The notes beneath the pieces are model-generated. The model was not told the origin of the DNA. It saw nothing but the letters and a program-made list of their open reading frames with translations, and ran no database searches. A program made the position numbers and the translations under genes. Below, piece by piece: positions 25,671 to 34,329 of a stretch of 49,560 nucleotides of DNA (the stretch's first letter is position 1; each line of letters starts with the position of its first letter). Origin of the DNA: a virus; the IMG/VR virus record IMGVR_UViG_3300025289_000006; one strand, 5' to 3'.

Positions 25671-25855
25671 GTTTTCTCTCCTTCATCCTGCAAGTGCTGG
25701 AGTCGCTCCTCCAACACTGCCAGAACGAGCCGGCAATCATCCACCGCGTCCACCGGATCGGCGAGGTCGAAAAGACGTAACGCATCCCTAACTCGCGTCC
25801 GCGTCGCACGGGAAGCCAAAACCTCCCGCTCCAACTCTCCACAGTTTCTCGTCAT
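25667..25855 (-). CDS. Hypothetical 62-aa protein
   Basis: ATG 25855 overlaps the TGA of a 16-codon upstream ORF. Confidence 0.5.
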   Translation of the reverse strand: MTRNCGELEREVLASRATRTRVRDALRLFDLADPVDAVDDCRLVLAVLEERLQHLQDEGEKT

Positions 25856-25922
25856 GGCCTAGTACCTCGACCTCGACCTCGCCTGTTCGTGTTCATGGTC
25901 ATGTTTACCTCCATCCGTTCAT

Positions 25923-25940
25923 CTAGCATGTCCCATGCCA
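25923..25940 (-). promoter_or_regulatory. Sigma54-like -24/-12 element (copy 2, reverse complement of copy 1)
   Basis: ctagcatgtcccatgcca on the plus strand is TGGCATGGGACATGCTAG on the minus strand. Lies 20 nt upstream of the leader ORF start. Confidence 0.4.
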
Positions 25941-26362
25941 GGCGGGAAAGATGGAGATACTGCCCTTTCTCTCACGGCCATGGCGCGAACATGCCATTGT
26001 CTGTCATATCGTGCGACGATAAGGGACATGAGGCATTGGTCCCGTCCGCTTTCCTTCCATGTCCCTTACTAACGGACAGGCCAGTATAACGGACAAGGGC
26101 CGGCATGACCCTTGCATCGGAAGCAAATACCATGCCATGCCATACCATCGCCTTGTCCATGCCAGGGGGAGGGGTCAACTCGCCACGATGAAGAGGCAGG
26201 GGGTGCCCCCCCTCACGCATAGTATAAGCCCCCCCGATGACCCCCCACCAAGTTCATCAGCGGCAGATTTTCAGTGACACTTTTTGTCGCCGGCCGGTGA
26301 CTAGTCGCCCCATGTAGACCTGGTTGCACTTGTCCATATCTGCCAACGCTCTGTCACAGTCC

Positions 26363-26391
26363 TTGACAACTCGATGACGATATGGTATCCT
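26363..26391 (+). promoter_or_regulatory. Sigma70-type rightward (late/packaging) promoter
   Basis: TTGACA (26363-68), 17 nt, TATCCT (26386-91), with a TGg extended -10. ATG 26404 lies only about 12 nt beyond the -10. Confidence 0.5.
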
Positions 26392-26403
26392 CCCCGCTCA
26401 GCC

Positions 26404-27180
26404 ATGCCGAATACCGAGAATCGCCCTCCTGAGCAAGAGTCGGGCGTTGCTAGCGACGCAAGCGAGGGCGGGCATTTACCCGGCCACGACAATCCGACTC
26501 CCGCGCGCGCGGTTGCCGCGGCCCTATCTTCCACAGAACTGGTCCCAGGGTACGACTTTGCCAACAAGGAGCACTGGCTGGCTCGCACCCTCTCGGCACG
26601 AAATGATGGTCTCGGCGGCGGCTCTCCCAGGGTCATAGTAGACGCCCGATACCACGACATCGCGTTGCGTGTGATCGCCGGCCAGTCGGTCCGGGAGATC
26701 GCGGCCTCCCAGGGCCTAGCTACCAAGCGCATCCGCCACATGATGATGGACCCGCGGCTCCAGGAAATATACATCCGTGAACGAGACAAGATCAAGACCG
26801 ACATCTCCGGGCTCATCAAGGACGAGAAAGCACCCTCGATCGTGCGTAAGGGAGCATTGGTAACCCGCGCGCAGACGCTCCTGGGCGAGGTCATGGAAGC
26901 CGTCCATGGCCATATCCAGGACGCGGACAGCAACGGTGGCCGACTCAAAGCGACCATGCTCAAGGCTGGGGTGGACGCGTCCGTGGCAGCGTTCAACCAC
27001 CTTGAGCCCAAGGGGGGTGGGCCAGGAGCTACCACCAACACCATCAACATCACCGCCGACAAGGCCGCGTTCATCCAGGGTGTCCTGCGTGAGTCGGGGG
27101 TCGATCTGAGCGACGTGCTCGATGGGTACGTAACAGAGCAAGGAGCACCTGTCGATGGCAACGCCGAAGCTACCCAATAA
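26404..27180 (+). CDS. LuxR/sigma-region-4-type HTH protein; small terminase candidate by position
   Basis: DIALRVIAGQSVREIAASQGLATKRIRHMM is the HTH, followed by a helical region. Two genes upstream of TerL. Confidence 0.45.
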   Translation: MPNTENRPPEQESGVASDASEGGHLPGHDNPTPARAVAAALSSTELVPGYDFANKEHWLARTLSARNDGLGGGSPRVIVDARYHDIALRVIAGQSVREIAASQGLATKRIRHMMMDPRLQEIYIRERDKIKTDISGLIKDEKAPSIVRKGALVTRAQTLLGEVMEAVHGHIQDADSNGGRLKATMLKAGVDASVAAFNHLEPKGGGPGATTNTINITADKAAFIQGVLRESGVDLSDVLDGYVTEQGAPVDGNAEATQ

Positions 27181-27499
27181 GCTGCTCTCCTGGGCAGCCG
27201 TCGCTGACGAGTTGAACGCCCTCTGTGAGAAATGGGCCAACCTGCTCGATGTCCCGCTCTCCGAGATCCGTCGATATGACGCTCAGTCTGTCCAGCGAAT
27301 TGGCGTGCGGGCCATGAAACAGCTCAAGGAACGGCTCGCCGAGGCCGGGGTAGACGACTCGGCCTATCAATTCTACCGGCATCTACAGGACGTAGAGCCT
27401 CCTGTCGTACACCCCAGCAAGCTGCCACGACCAGAAGTAGCGCGCGGGGTCTTCACCGACCTCGACGCCCACCTCGAATCCCTCCACAAGGTCACCTAG
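27155..27499 (+). CDS. Hypothetical 114-aa protein
   Basis: ORF between the HTH protein and TerL. TAGATG junction with TerL. Confidence 0.55.
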   Translation: MATPKLPNKLLSWAAVADELNALCEKWANLLDVPLSEIRRYDAQSVQRIGVRAMKQLKERLAEAGVDDSAYQFYRHLQDVEPPVVHPSKLPRPEVARGVFTDLDAHLESLHKVT

Positions 27500-29317
27500 A
27501 TGTCCGGCCCCGAGGACCTTACCCGGACCGACATCGACGCGATCATAGCGTCGGACGACTGGAAAACTCGCGCGGCCCTGCGAGCAGCGACCCGTCGCAG
27601 CCTCTACACCTTCACGAAGCTGTTGGTCTGCTATAACGAACCCAAGAACACCATGACCCCGGAGGTCTTCAAAGAGCGGCAAGACTGGATTCAGTGGGTC
27701 GTATGCGAGCACAAGAGAGGACTGCTAGAGGACCCTCGCGGCTATATCAAGTCCACCGGCAACACCCGATCCGTCCCACCCTGGCTCGGTGTCCAGCGCC
27801 CCGATGAACGTTACGACCATCCCAACGAGATCGAGCGTGCCGAGACCTTCCTTCTCGCACATCCACACATCAAGGGGGCCGACAATCGGATCGCCATCGC
27901 AGGTGACACCAAGAAGGCCGCGACGAGGTTCACCGGGTCGATTCGGCGTTTCTACCTGGCCAACCCCCTCTACCGCTGGCTCTACCTCGAAACCATCTGG
28001 GACAACCCGCTCCGCACCGACTACGGCTGCTTCAATGACGAGGAGATGTTCATACCAGGTAGGAGGCAGCTGGACCTAGTCGGTGGATTCCTGCTCGCCG
28101 TCGGCACGGAGACTGCCATCGTCGGAGGCCGGCTCGATGGGCTTATCGTCAACGATCTCGTGGGGGACCACAACTGGCATTCCTCCGGCGAGATGGCGAG
28201 ACTACGTGATTGGGTCAAGACAGCGCCCGGCCTGCTTTCGCACCGCGATCCAGCGCACCCGGACGCCGGCTTCGTCATCGACGAGGGGAATCGCTGGACT
28301 CTCGACGATGTCAACTCGATGATCCACAGCGACTACACCGATTGGGCCGTCTGGCGGCGGGGTGTATTCCGCTGCTACGTGCATGGCCTGGGGTCCTGTG
28401 GCCGCTGGGGGTCTGACGACGAGCGGCAGGGCTGTGCCCCCACCGATGAGTCACTGTGGAAGGAAGGGCCGTATCCTGACAAGGAATCGCTGGCGAGGCT
28501 AGAACGTGAGGAAGGGCCTGTCATATTCGCGGCTCAGCGGCTCAACGACCCTACCAAATCCAGCGACCTCGACGTTAGCAAGCTGCGATACTTCACGCTC
28601 GACATCGCGCCAGTACGGGTAAACGGCGTGCTGGAGCGTCTCTGGTCCATTATCATCCCCACCGAGGGCTCCCACGAGGAGATCATCCCTCTCGGCACGC
28701 TCGATCCACACGTGCTCTCGGTGGACCCGGCCTCTTCCCAGGAGAAAACCGCCGCGCGTACCTGCATCTCCTGGTTCGCCAAGGATCGTGCCACCGGACG
28801 CCGGTTCAACATCGACATTCGCGCAGACAGGTACGGCCCCGACGAGTCTGTCTGGCAGTTCATCGAGCTGTACGAGGACATGGTGAGCAAGATCCACGGG
28901 AAATCCATCAAGCCCGTCATCGAGAAGGTCGCGGCGCAGACATACATGGCATCGGCGATACGACTGGCAGCTGTGGTAACCCGTGATGGCACACCCCGGC
29001 ACCCGAAGCTACGCATCCCCGAGATCGAGATGCTACCCCCCGCGCAGGGGTTCGCCAAGATCGACCGTGGTAAGCGACGGGTAGGGCACATCCTCGGTCA
29101 AGGTCTCCTCTACGTCCGTGCCGGCCTCCAGCTCCCTGGCTATGAGATTCGCCACTTCCCAACTGGTACAATGGATTGGATAGACTCGGCAGCACAGGCT
29201 GAGGAAATCTTCTTGAGGTCATACGGTGGTGCAGACAGTGACAAGTTGCGGGCCGGTAGGATGCATCGCCGAGCGATGAAGGTTCTCCGAGCTGACCGCA
29301 CCGGTGTGTCGATCTAG
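27500..29317 (+). CDS. terL: Terminase large subunit
   Basis: 605 aa. Deviant Walker A DPRGYIKSTG, Walker B-like RLDGLIVNDLVGD, C-terminal nuclease-like LSVDPASSQEK. Followed by the portal gene. Confidence 0.8.
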   Translation: MSGPEDLTRTDIDAIIASDDWKTRAALRAATRRSLYTFTKLLVCYNEPKNTMTPEVFKERQDWIQWVVCEHKRGLLEDPRGYIKSTGNTRSVPPWLGVQRPDERYDHPNEIERAETFLLAHPHIKGADNRIAIAGDTKKAATRFTGSIRRFYLANPLYRWLYLETIWDNPLRTDYGCFNDEEMFIPGRRQLDLVGGFLLAVGTETAIVGGRLDGLIVNDLVGDHNWHSSGEMARLRDWVKTAPGLLSHRDPAHPDAGFVIDEGNRWTLDDVNSMIHSDYTDWAVWRRGVFRCYVHGLGSCGRWGSDDERQGCAPTDESLWKEGPYPDKESLARLEREEGPVIFAAQRLNDPTKSSDLDVSKLRYFTLDIAPVRVNGVLERLWSIIIPTEGSHEEIIPLGTLDPHVLSVDPASSQEKTAARTCISWFAKDRATGRRFNIDIRADRYGPDESVWQFIELYEDMVSKIHGKSIKPVIEKVAAQTYMASAIRLAAVVTRDGTPRHPKLRIPEIEMLPPAQGFAKIDRGKRRVGHILGQGLLYVRAGLQLPGYEIRHFPTGTMDWIDSAAQAEEIFLRSYGGADSDKLRAGRMHRRAMKVLRADRTGVSI

Positions 29318-29328
29318 TCGAGGTGGAT

Positions 29329-31254
29329 ATGGTTGATGACGTGAAGGTCAAGATAGACGCGGAGTCAAGCGAGACTTTCTCGCAGCTCCCCTCGCTGATC
29401 GAGTTGTCGGACGAGCGGAAGACCGAGTTGACAAGCTGGTTGCGGGCCTACATACCCGAGTTGATCCGTGCTCGCAACGACGACGTCGAGAAGCGGACGA
29501 ACAAGTGGAGGAAGACCCTCCGCGGCGAGAGTTCCAAGCCGCCATTCCGCACAGGCGCGTCCAACCTCTCCACCCCGTTGACCATCTGGGCAGCCGCCGC
29601 CATTCGCGCGCGCATCCGCCAGGCCGTCGTCGAGCAGAAGCCTGTCATCGCGGCCATCCCGCTCAAGTCCAAGACCTTCGAGGGGATCGACCTGAATCGC
29701 ATTGCCGCGGCCTATGCTAAGGTGTTCCAGGCGGAGTTTGACTCGCCTCGCGGACTAGGCGGCGCGCAAGCAGTCGAGAAGGGTGGCGATGAGGCGACGA
29801 ATGTTGGCACCGCCGGCTTCAAGGTCTACGAAGAGGTCAAGTTACCTCGCTACGCAACAGGGCTGGATGGCCTCCCTGCACTCCAGCCCGCCCAGACGCG
29901 CGTTCGCTGGGACTTCATCCGGTTGAACGACCTGATCTACGTCGATGGCTACGGTGATGACACACAGTCCATGCCTATTGTCGGGCACCAGTACAAGATG
30001 ACCTGGTTCGACATGAAGGCATGGGAGGCTGCCAAGCACTTCTACCCCGACGCGCTCGCCAACGTCGCGCACTACTACAGCACCGACCAGGTCAACCAGC
30101 CCGTCAAGTTGCGCGAGCATGATCTAGCTGAACTATATCTAGATTACTGCGTAGAGCCAGCAGGCGCGAAGGGCTATACAGGCTTCCCCACCGCGGTAGT
30201 CCTGACCTGGCACATCGACTCGGCGACGATACTGCGCTGTGCTTATAACCCTACACCCCTCGGCATCCGTCCCATCTTCATCGCCAAGTTCGACAATGAC
30301 CCCGACTCCACCAAGGCTCGCGGTCAAGGCGTGTGTGAGAAGCTGGAGGGAGCGCAGGACGAGACTGACATGATCCACAACCTTGGCATCGAAGCCGCGA
30401 AGAGAGCCACCGCGCACTTGATAGGGCTGAAGGCTGGTACTGGCGCCGAGGCCGAGCTAGGCGGCGAGGAGCCCGTCAACCCGGGCGACACCTACACCAC
30501 CGAGAATCCCGCCGAGGATGTCATTCTCACAGCACTCGGCGACGCCAAGGGCGTCGAGATCGCGCTCGTACAGGAGACCAACACGCGGCAGTACGTGTCG
30601 AGGATGTTAGGGTTGGACGAGAGCGCGATCGGGACCGTGGAGACCGGCAAGCGCGTACCCGCGTCGTTGGGGCTGTCCATCCAACGCGAGGGGAGGGTGA
30701 TCGCAGCGAACGCCATCCGATCTTTCGCTAACGTACTGCGTGACATGGCCTACCTGACAGGCGACCTCTGGAAGCGCCGCCCGCCCATCGAGACCCTCGC
30801 AGCCGTGCTCGACCCAGCAGAGGCCGCGCTGTTCAACGAGGCTGTGTTCGTCCCCACTGACACATCCACGCGGCAACAGTTCGTGTTGACTATCAGTGCC
30901 CAAGACGCTGCCACTACCATGGAGCAGCGTAAGATGGAACTCATGTCAGTGAACCAGATGCTCATGGGGTATTACCAGGCGCTCATCCAGTACGCGCAGA
31001 TGGCGATGCAGTTGCCGCCGCCCTTACAGGCCGCTGTACTTCTCATCGCGCAGAAGATGGAGAATGGCGTGAAGGCGTTGCTTAACACGGTGGACAGCGT
31101 CCAGAACCCGAGTGAGGTCCTGCCGGCGGTGGCGGACCTGGCGGAGCTGCTTCAACAGGCTCAACAGACAATGCAGGCCGGTGCCATGCCAGGTGGTGCC
31201 ATGCCAGGTGCGGGCATGGGCGGGGCGATGATGGGAGGCGGTGGTGGACGGTAA
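29329..31254 (+). CDS. Portal protein
   Basis: 641 aa directly after TerL. ATG after GAGGTG. Gly/Met/Pro-rich C-terminal tail with a 2x15-nt tandem repeat (31180-31209). Confidence 0.65.
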   Translation: MVDDVKVKIDAESSETFSQLPSLIELSDERKTELTSWLRAYIPELIRARNDDVEKRTNKWRKTLRGESSKPPFRTGASNLSTPLTIWAAAAIRARIRQAVVEQKPVIAAIPLKSKTFEGIDLNRIAAAYAKVFQAEFDSPRGLGGAQAVEKGGDEATNVGTAGFKVYEEVKLPRYATGLDGLPALQPAQTRVRWDFIRLNDLIYVDGYGDDTQSMPIVGHQYKMTWFDMKAWEAAKHFYPDALANVAHYYSTDQVNQPVKLREHDLAELYLDYCVEPAGAKGYTGFPTAVVLTWHIDSATILRCAYNPTPLGIRPIFIAKFDNDPDSTKARGQGVCEKLEGAQDETDMIHNLGIEAAKRATAHLIGLKAGTGAEAELGGEEPVNPGDTYTTENPAEDVILTALGDAKGVEIALVQETNTRQYVSRMLGLDESAIGTVETGKRVPASLGLSIQREGRVIAANAIRSFANVLRDMAYLTGDLWKRRPPIETLAAVLDPAEAALFNEAVFVPTDTSTRQQFVLTISAQDAATTMEQRKMELMSVNQMLMGYYQALIQYAQMAMQLPPPLQAAVLLIAQKMENGVKALLNTVDSVQNPSEVLPAVADLAELLQQAQQTMQAGAMPGGAMPGAGMGGAMMGGGGGR

Positions 31255-31567
31255 TCTACCCTTCATCAACACCGTAAAGCCCTTCGGCCCGCGGATAGTA
31301 GTCCACAAGCCGCAGCCTCTCACGGGCGGGAATGAGATCCAAGTCGCGCACGGGCTAGTCATCCCCGCACAGTCCGACTCGAATCGACGGATCTACGGGC
31401 TCATCGCGGAGGTGATAAGCGTGGGGCCAGGTGTGGACCGTGCTATCAAGCCAGGCGGCAGGATCATAGTAAACGAGTTCGCCGGGACCCCGATCTGGGA
31501 CGGCGAGCGTGAGACCCCCTACTTCATAATCGGAGAAGGCGAGGTGATGGCATATGTTGACGAGTAG
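31241..31567 (+). CDS. GroES/Cpn10-like co-chaperonin
   Basis: VKPFGPRIVVHK aligns with IRPLHDRVIVKR, AEVISVGPG with GEVLAVGNG, and IKPGGRIIV...PYFIIGEGEVMAYV with VKVGDIVIF...VLIMSESDILAIV. Confidence 0.7.
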   Translation: MVDGNLPFINTVKPFGPRIVVHKPQPLTGGNEIQVAHGLVIPAQSDSNRRIYGLIAEVISVGPGVDRAIKPGGRIIVNEFAGTPIWDGERETPYFIIGEGEVMAYVDE

Positions 31568-31703
31568 CATCCTGTTCATGTGGCTCCTGATGGGCTTCAT
31601 CTCAGAAGGTCCAGACACGTTCCCGACCGCGGCTATCATCATGGACGGCTCCGATCCGATCGCGCCCCTCACGCTTAGCTCCGACGGGATGGACCCTGTC
31701 TAG
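31554..31703 (+). CDS. 49-aa protein with N-terminal TM
   Basis: MLTSSILFMWLLMGFI... GAGGTGA RBS. TAGATG junction to the next gene. Confidence 0.4.
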   Translation: MLTSSILFMWLLMGFISEGPDTFPTAAIIMDGSDPIAPLTLSSDGMDPV

Positions 31704-31997
31704 ATGAAGTGGCGGGATATACCCACGGGCGACTTGATCGAGCTTCTCCACCAGGCAGAAGCTCTGGAAAAGTCCCGTCTCTGGCAGGGGGTGATCCTCC
31801 CCGCGGTCGAGAACAGCATGACCCCCCACGAAGGCGTCCTCCACAACTCCAGGGACCTGTCCGAGATATGCAAAGCCCAGGGTGTCGTATACGGGGCGGA
31901 GCGTGCTACTCTACTGTTATCTGACTTCATTGAATATGCACGACGGGAGATTCGCAAATCCAGCCGTGCCGGGAGTGAAGATGCCGGAGCCGATTGA
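31704..31997 (+). CDS. Hypothetical 97-aa protein
   Basis: ORF in the head module. Confidence 0.5.
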   Translation: MKWRDIPTGDLIELLHQAEALEKSRLWQGVILPAVENSMTPHEGVLHNSRDLSEICKAQGVVYGAERATLLLSDFIEYARREIRKSSRAGSEDAGAD

Positions 31998-32802
31998 CCC
32001 CACCAAGGCCGCTGACGACGATCCCACCAAGGTAACCGACCCTAAGCCCGATCCTACCCTCGACGCCGTCAAGGCTCTGGCCGAGGACGCGAAGAAGTCG
32101 AGAGAGGACTTCCTCAAGGCGTTGTCCGACGCACGGGCGGCTCAGGTGCCCGCACCTGCGCCTATTGCCATCCCCGCTGCGAAGGACCCTGCCGAGGAGT
32201 TCGCTAAGCTATCTGCCGAGTGTGACGCGCTCTACCAAGAGGGCAAGGCCACCGAGGCCATGTCCAAGTTTGCCATGTGGCTGTCCAAGCAGAACGCCAG
32301 CAGCCAGATCGACCCCACCACGACCCCTACTTACAGGCACATGGTAGAGTCCACCAAGCGAGATGTCCGGTCCGATAACAAGGATGTGTTCGACCGCTGG
32401 GGCAAGGAGGTAGAGGCTATCGTTCAGGGCCTTCCCTCTGACAAGCGACTTCTCCATGCCGAGTGGGAGGACGCAGCTCGCCGAGTGCGTGCCGCTCACC
32501 AAGACGAGATCCTGGTCGAGAAGGAAGCTGAGATTCGCAAGAAGATCGAGGAGGAGTATAAGGGACGGCTAGCGCCGCTCGCGGCCGGCTCTCGTGGCAG
32601 TGCCGGTACAGAGCTAACTACCGGCCTCTCCGAGATCGACCTCGCTGTAGTCAAGGCTCACGACCTCAACATCGAGCAGTACAAGAAAGCCAAGAAGACT
32701 GTCGAGGCGTACACTACCGATCAAGGCATCTTCGATTGCCCGTTCATGGACGAGCAGCTACCCGAACGCGGCCGCATCAATATCAAGCCAGGGAGGTTCT
32801 GA
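31981..32802 (+). CDS. Scaffolding protein candidate
   Basis: 273 aa from ATG 31981 (GGGAGTGAAG RBS). Charged, Ala-rich and helical. Lies between portal and capsid genes. Confidence 0.5.
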   Translation: MPEPIDPTKAADDDPTKVTDPKPDPTLDAVKALAEDAKKSREDFLKALSDARAAQVPAPAPIAIPAAKDPAEEFAKLSAECDALYQEGKATEAMSKFAMWLSKQNASSQIDPTTTPTYRHMVESTKRDVRSDNKDVFDRWGKEVEAIVQGLPSDKRLLHAEWEDAARRVRAAHQDEILVEKEAEIRKKIEEEYKGRLAPLAAGSRGSAGTELTTGLSEIDLAVVKAHDLNIEQYKKAKKTVEAYTTDQGIFDCPFMDEQLPERGRINIKPGRF

Positions 32803-33326
32803 TGGAAGTCGTCCCGGTCGCCACGGCACCTACGGCTCAGGTTGTCCCTGACATCTTCTACATCCCCTCCGCGCCCGGTGGGATCTGGAAGGAGAAGGGA
32901 CGTTACCTACGCTGGCTGACGTTCAGCGCCCGTAACCTGGCTCTCAAGACCATGAAGGGGACGATGTTCCCCGGCTACACCCTATTCGGCGGCGAGGGCA
33001 AGGAGAAGACCATGGCCCTCATCGAGGAGCTGGGGCTTAACTCCAGCTACTACAACTCGACGCATGATCGAATTATGGTCGGCGACGGGCCGCAGGGATG
33101 CGTGCTCGCCTACATCTCACTAGAAGAGCGCGAGCAGCGGCTGGCGGATCGTAAGCGCGAGCAAGCGGAGAGATCGGCCGGCGTCGAGGACGCCTACATG
33201 TCTGCCATCGACCGCAAGGGTATCAGGCCGGTCGTATACGAGACTGAGGATGACTACACCGATCGCAAGCGACACGCGACCCGTGAATCCACGAATCGCG
33301 TGGGGTACACGGGGGCTCGGCGTTAG
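32802..33326 (+). CDS. Hypothetical 174-aa head-module protein
   Basis: ATG 32802 shares one nt with the upstream TGA (TGATG), after a GGGAGG RBS. Confidence 0.55.
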   Translation: MEVVPVATAPTAQVVPDIFYIPSAPGGIWKEKGRYLRWLTFSARNLALKTMKGTMFPGYTLFGGEGKEKTMALIEELGLNSSYYNSTHDRIMVGDGPQGCVLAYISLEEREQRLADRKREQAERSAGVEDAYMSAIDRKGIRPVVYETEDDYTDRKRHATRESTNRVGYTGARR

Positions 33327-33349
33327 CGCCGCGTCGATAGGAGGCTAAC

Positions 33350-34315
33350 ATGCCGCCAGTTCTAACAGGTTCTTTTGCCAACCATCTCGCGCCGGGGCTC
33401 AGGGCGATCATCGGTGCCAACCTCATGGGTCGTGAGACGACTTATACGTCCTACTACAACATGGGCACCACCAACCGCAAGTTCGAGGATTACGCGGCTG
33501 CGACGGGTCTGCCCATCGCGGTGGAGAAGCCGGAAGGCGCCGATATCCAGTCCTTCGACCCGCTAGAGTCGGCCGCGGCCGGCATCGGCGGTGGCCCGGC
33601 CGGCACGAAGCGGCTCACGCCCAAGGTCTACGCCATCGGGGCTGAGGTCTCGATGGAAGCCTGGGAGGATGACCTCTACCTGAATAACGGGTCGGCCATC
33701 CGAGAGGTAGGGAATGGGATCGCTGACTCTCTCGCCGAGCGGCTGGAGATTGAAGCCCACAGTCCCTTTATCAACGGGTTCGACACGAGTACGTTCACTG
33801 TGCTACCCGATGGCTCGGCCTTCATCGCGACTTCTCACGCCTCGATCGTTGGTGCCCAGGGGCCTGCTCAGGCCAACCGGCCCTCAGTCGATGTAGACCT
33901 CAACCTCACTTCCCTCCGCGCCAGCTTCATCCGCATGCGGAAGTGGAAGAACGACCAGGGGCTGCGAATCCCGGCGTTTGCCAAGCCTAAGACCCTCTAC
34001 GTCACGGCGGACTTCGAGTACGACGCGCTGGAGTTGCTACGGTCCACTGATCGTCCTGACACCGCCAACCGTGTGACCAACGTGACCGCGGGCGCGGTGA
34101 ATGTCATCGCCGACGCCTACCTCTCCGACGAGTCCGGCTCCGACATGTGGCTCGTCCAGGCTCAGCGACACTTCGCCGAGTTCCTGTGGCGCAAGCGGCC
34201 GTTCTTCGATTCGTTCGATGATCGGCGCAAGCGAATCGCGATCTTTGTCGGGCTGGAGCGGTTCGTCGGTCAGCCTGTCCACTGGCTCGGCTGGGACGGG
34301 TGCCCCGGAGCATAA
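33350..34315 (+). CDS. Major capsid protein
   Basis: 321 aa. Strong RBS (ataGGAGGctaacATG). Position after the scaffold. The resemblance to HK97-fold capsid proteins is by eye only. Confidence 0.65.
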   Translation: MPPVLTGSFANHLAPGLRAIIGANLMGRETTYTSYYNMGTTNRKFEDYAAATGLPIAVEKPEGADIQSFDPLESAAAGIGGGPAGTKRLTPKVYAIGAEVSMEAWEDDLYLNNGSAIREVGNGIADSLAERLEIEAHSPFINGFDTSTFTVLPDGSAFIATSHASIVGAQGPAQANRPSVDVDLNLTSLRASFIRMRKWKNDQGLRIPAFAKPKTLYVTADFEYDALELLRSTDRPDTANRVTNVTAGAVNVIADAYLSDESGSDMWLVQAQRHFAEFLWRKRPFFDSFDDRRKRIAIFVGLERFVGQPVHWLGWDGCPGA

Positions 34316-34329
34316 GGAGGATTGACTAA

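Noticed and set aside
23983-25940. The 18-nt inverted repeats as ends of an IS/MITE or as an invertible (Hin/Gin-type) segment.
   Set aside because: No transposase or recombinase lies inside the segment or anywhere else in the genome, and no target-site duplication was noticed. Both copies sit at promoter distance from inward-facing genes.
25889-26277. Track ORFs 25889..26089, 25972..26220 and 26059..26277 in the tract upstream of the packaging genes.
   Set aside because: They overlap one another on both strands, have no RBS, and are composed of the repeat elements.
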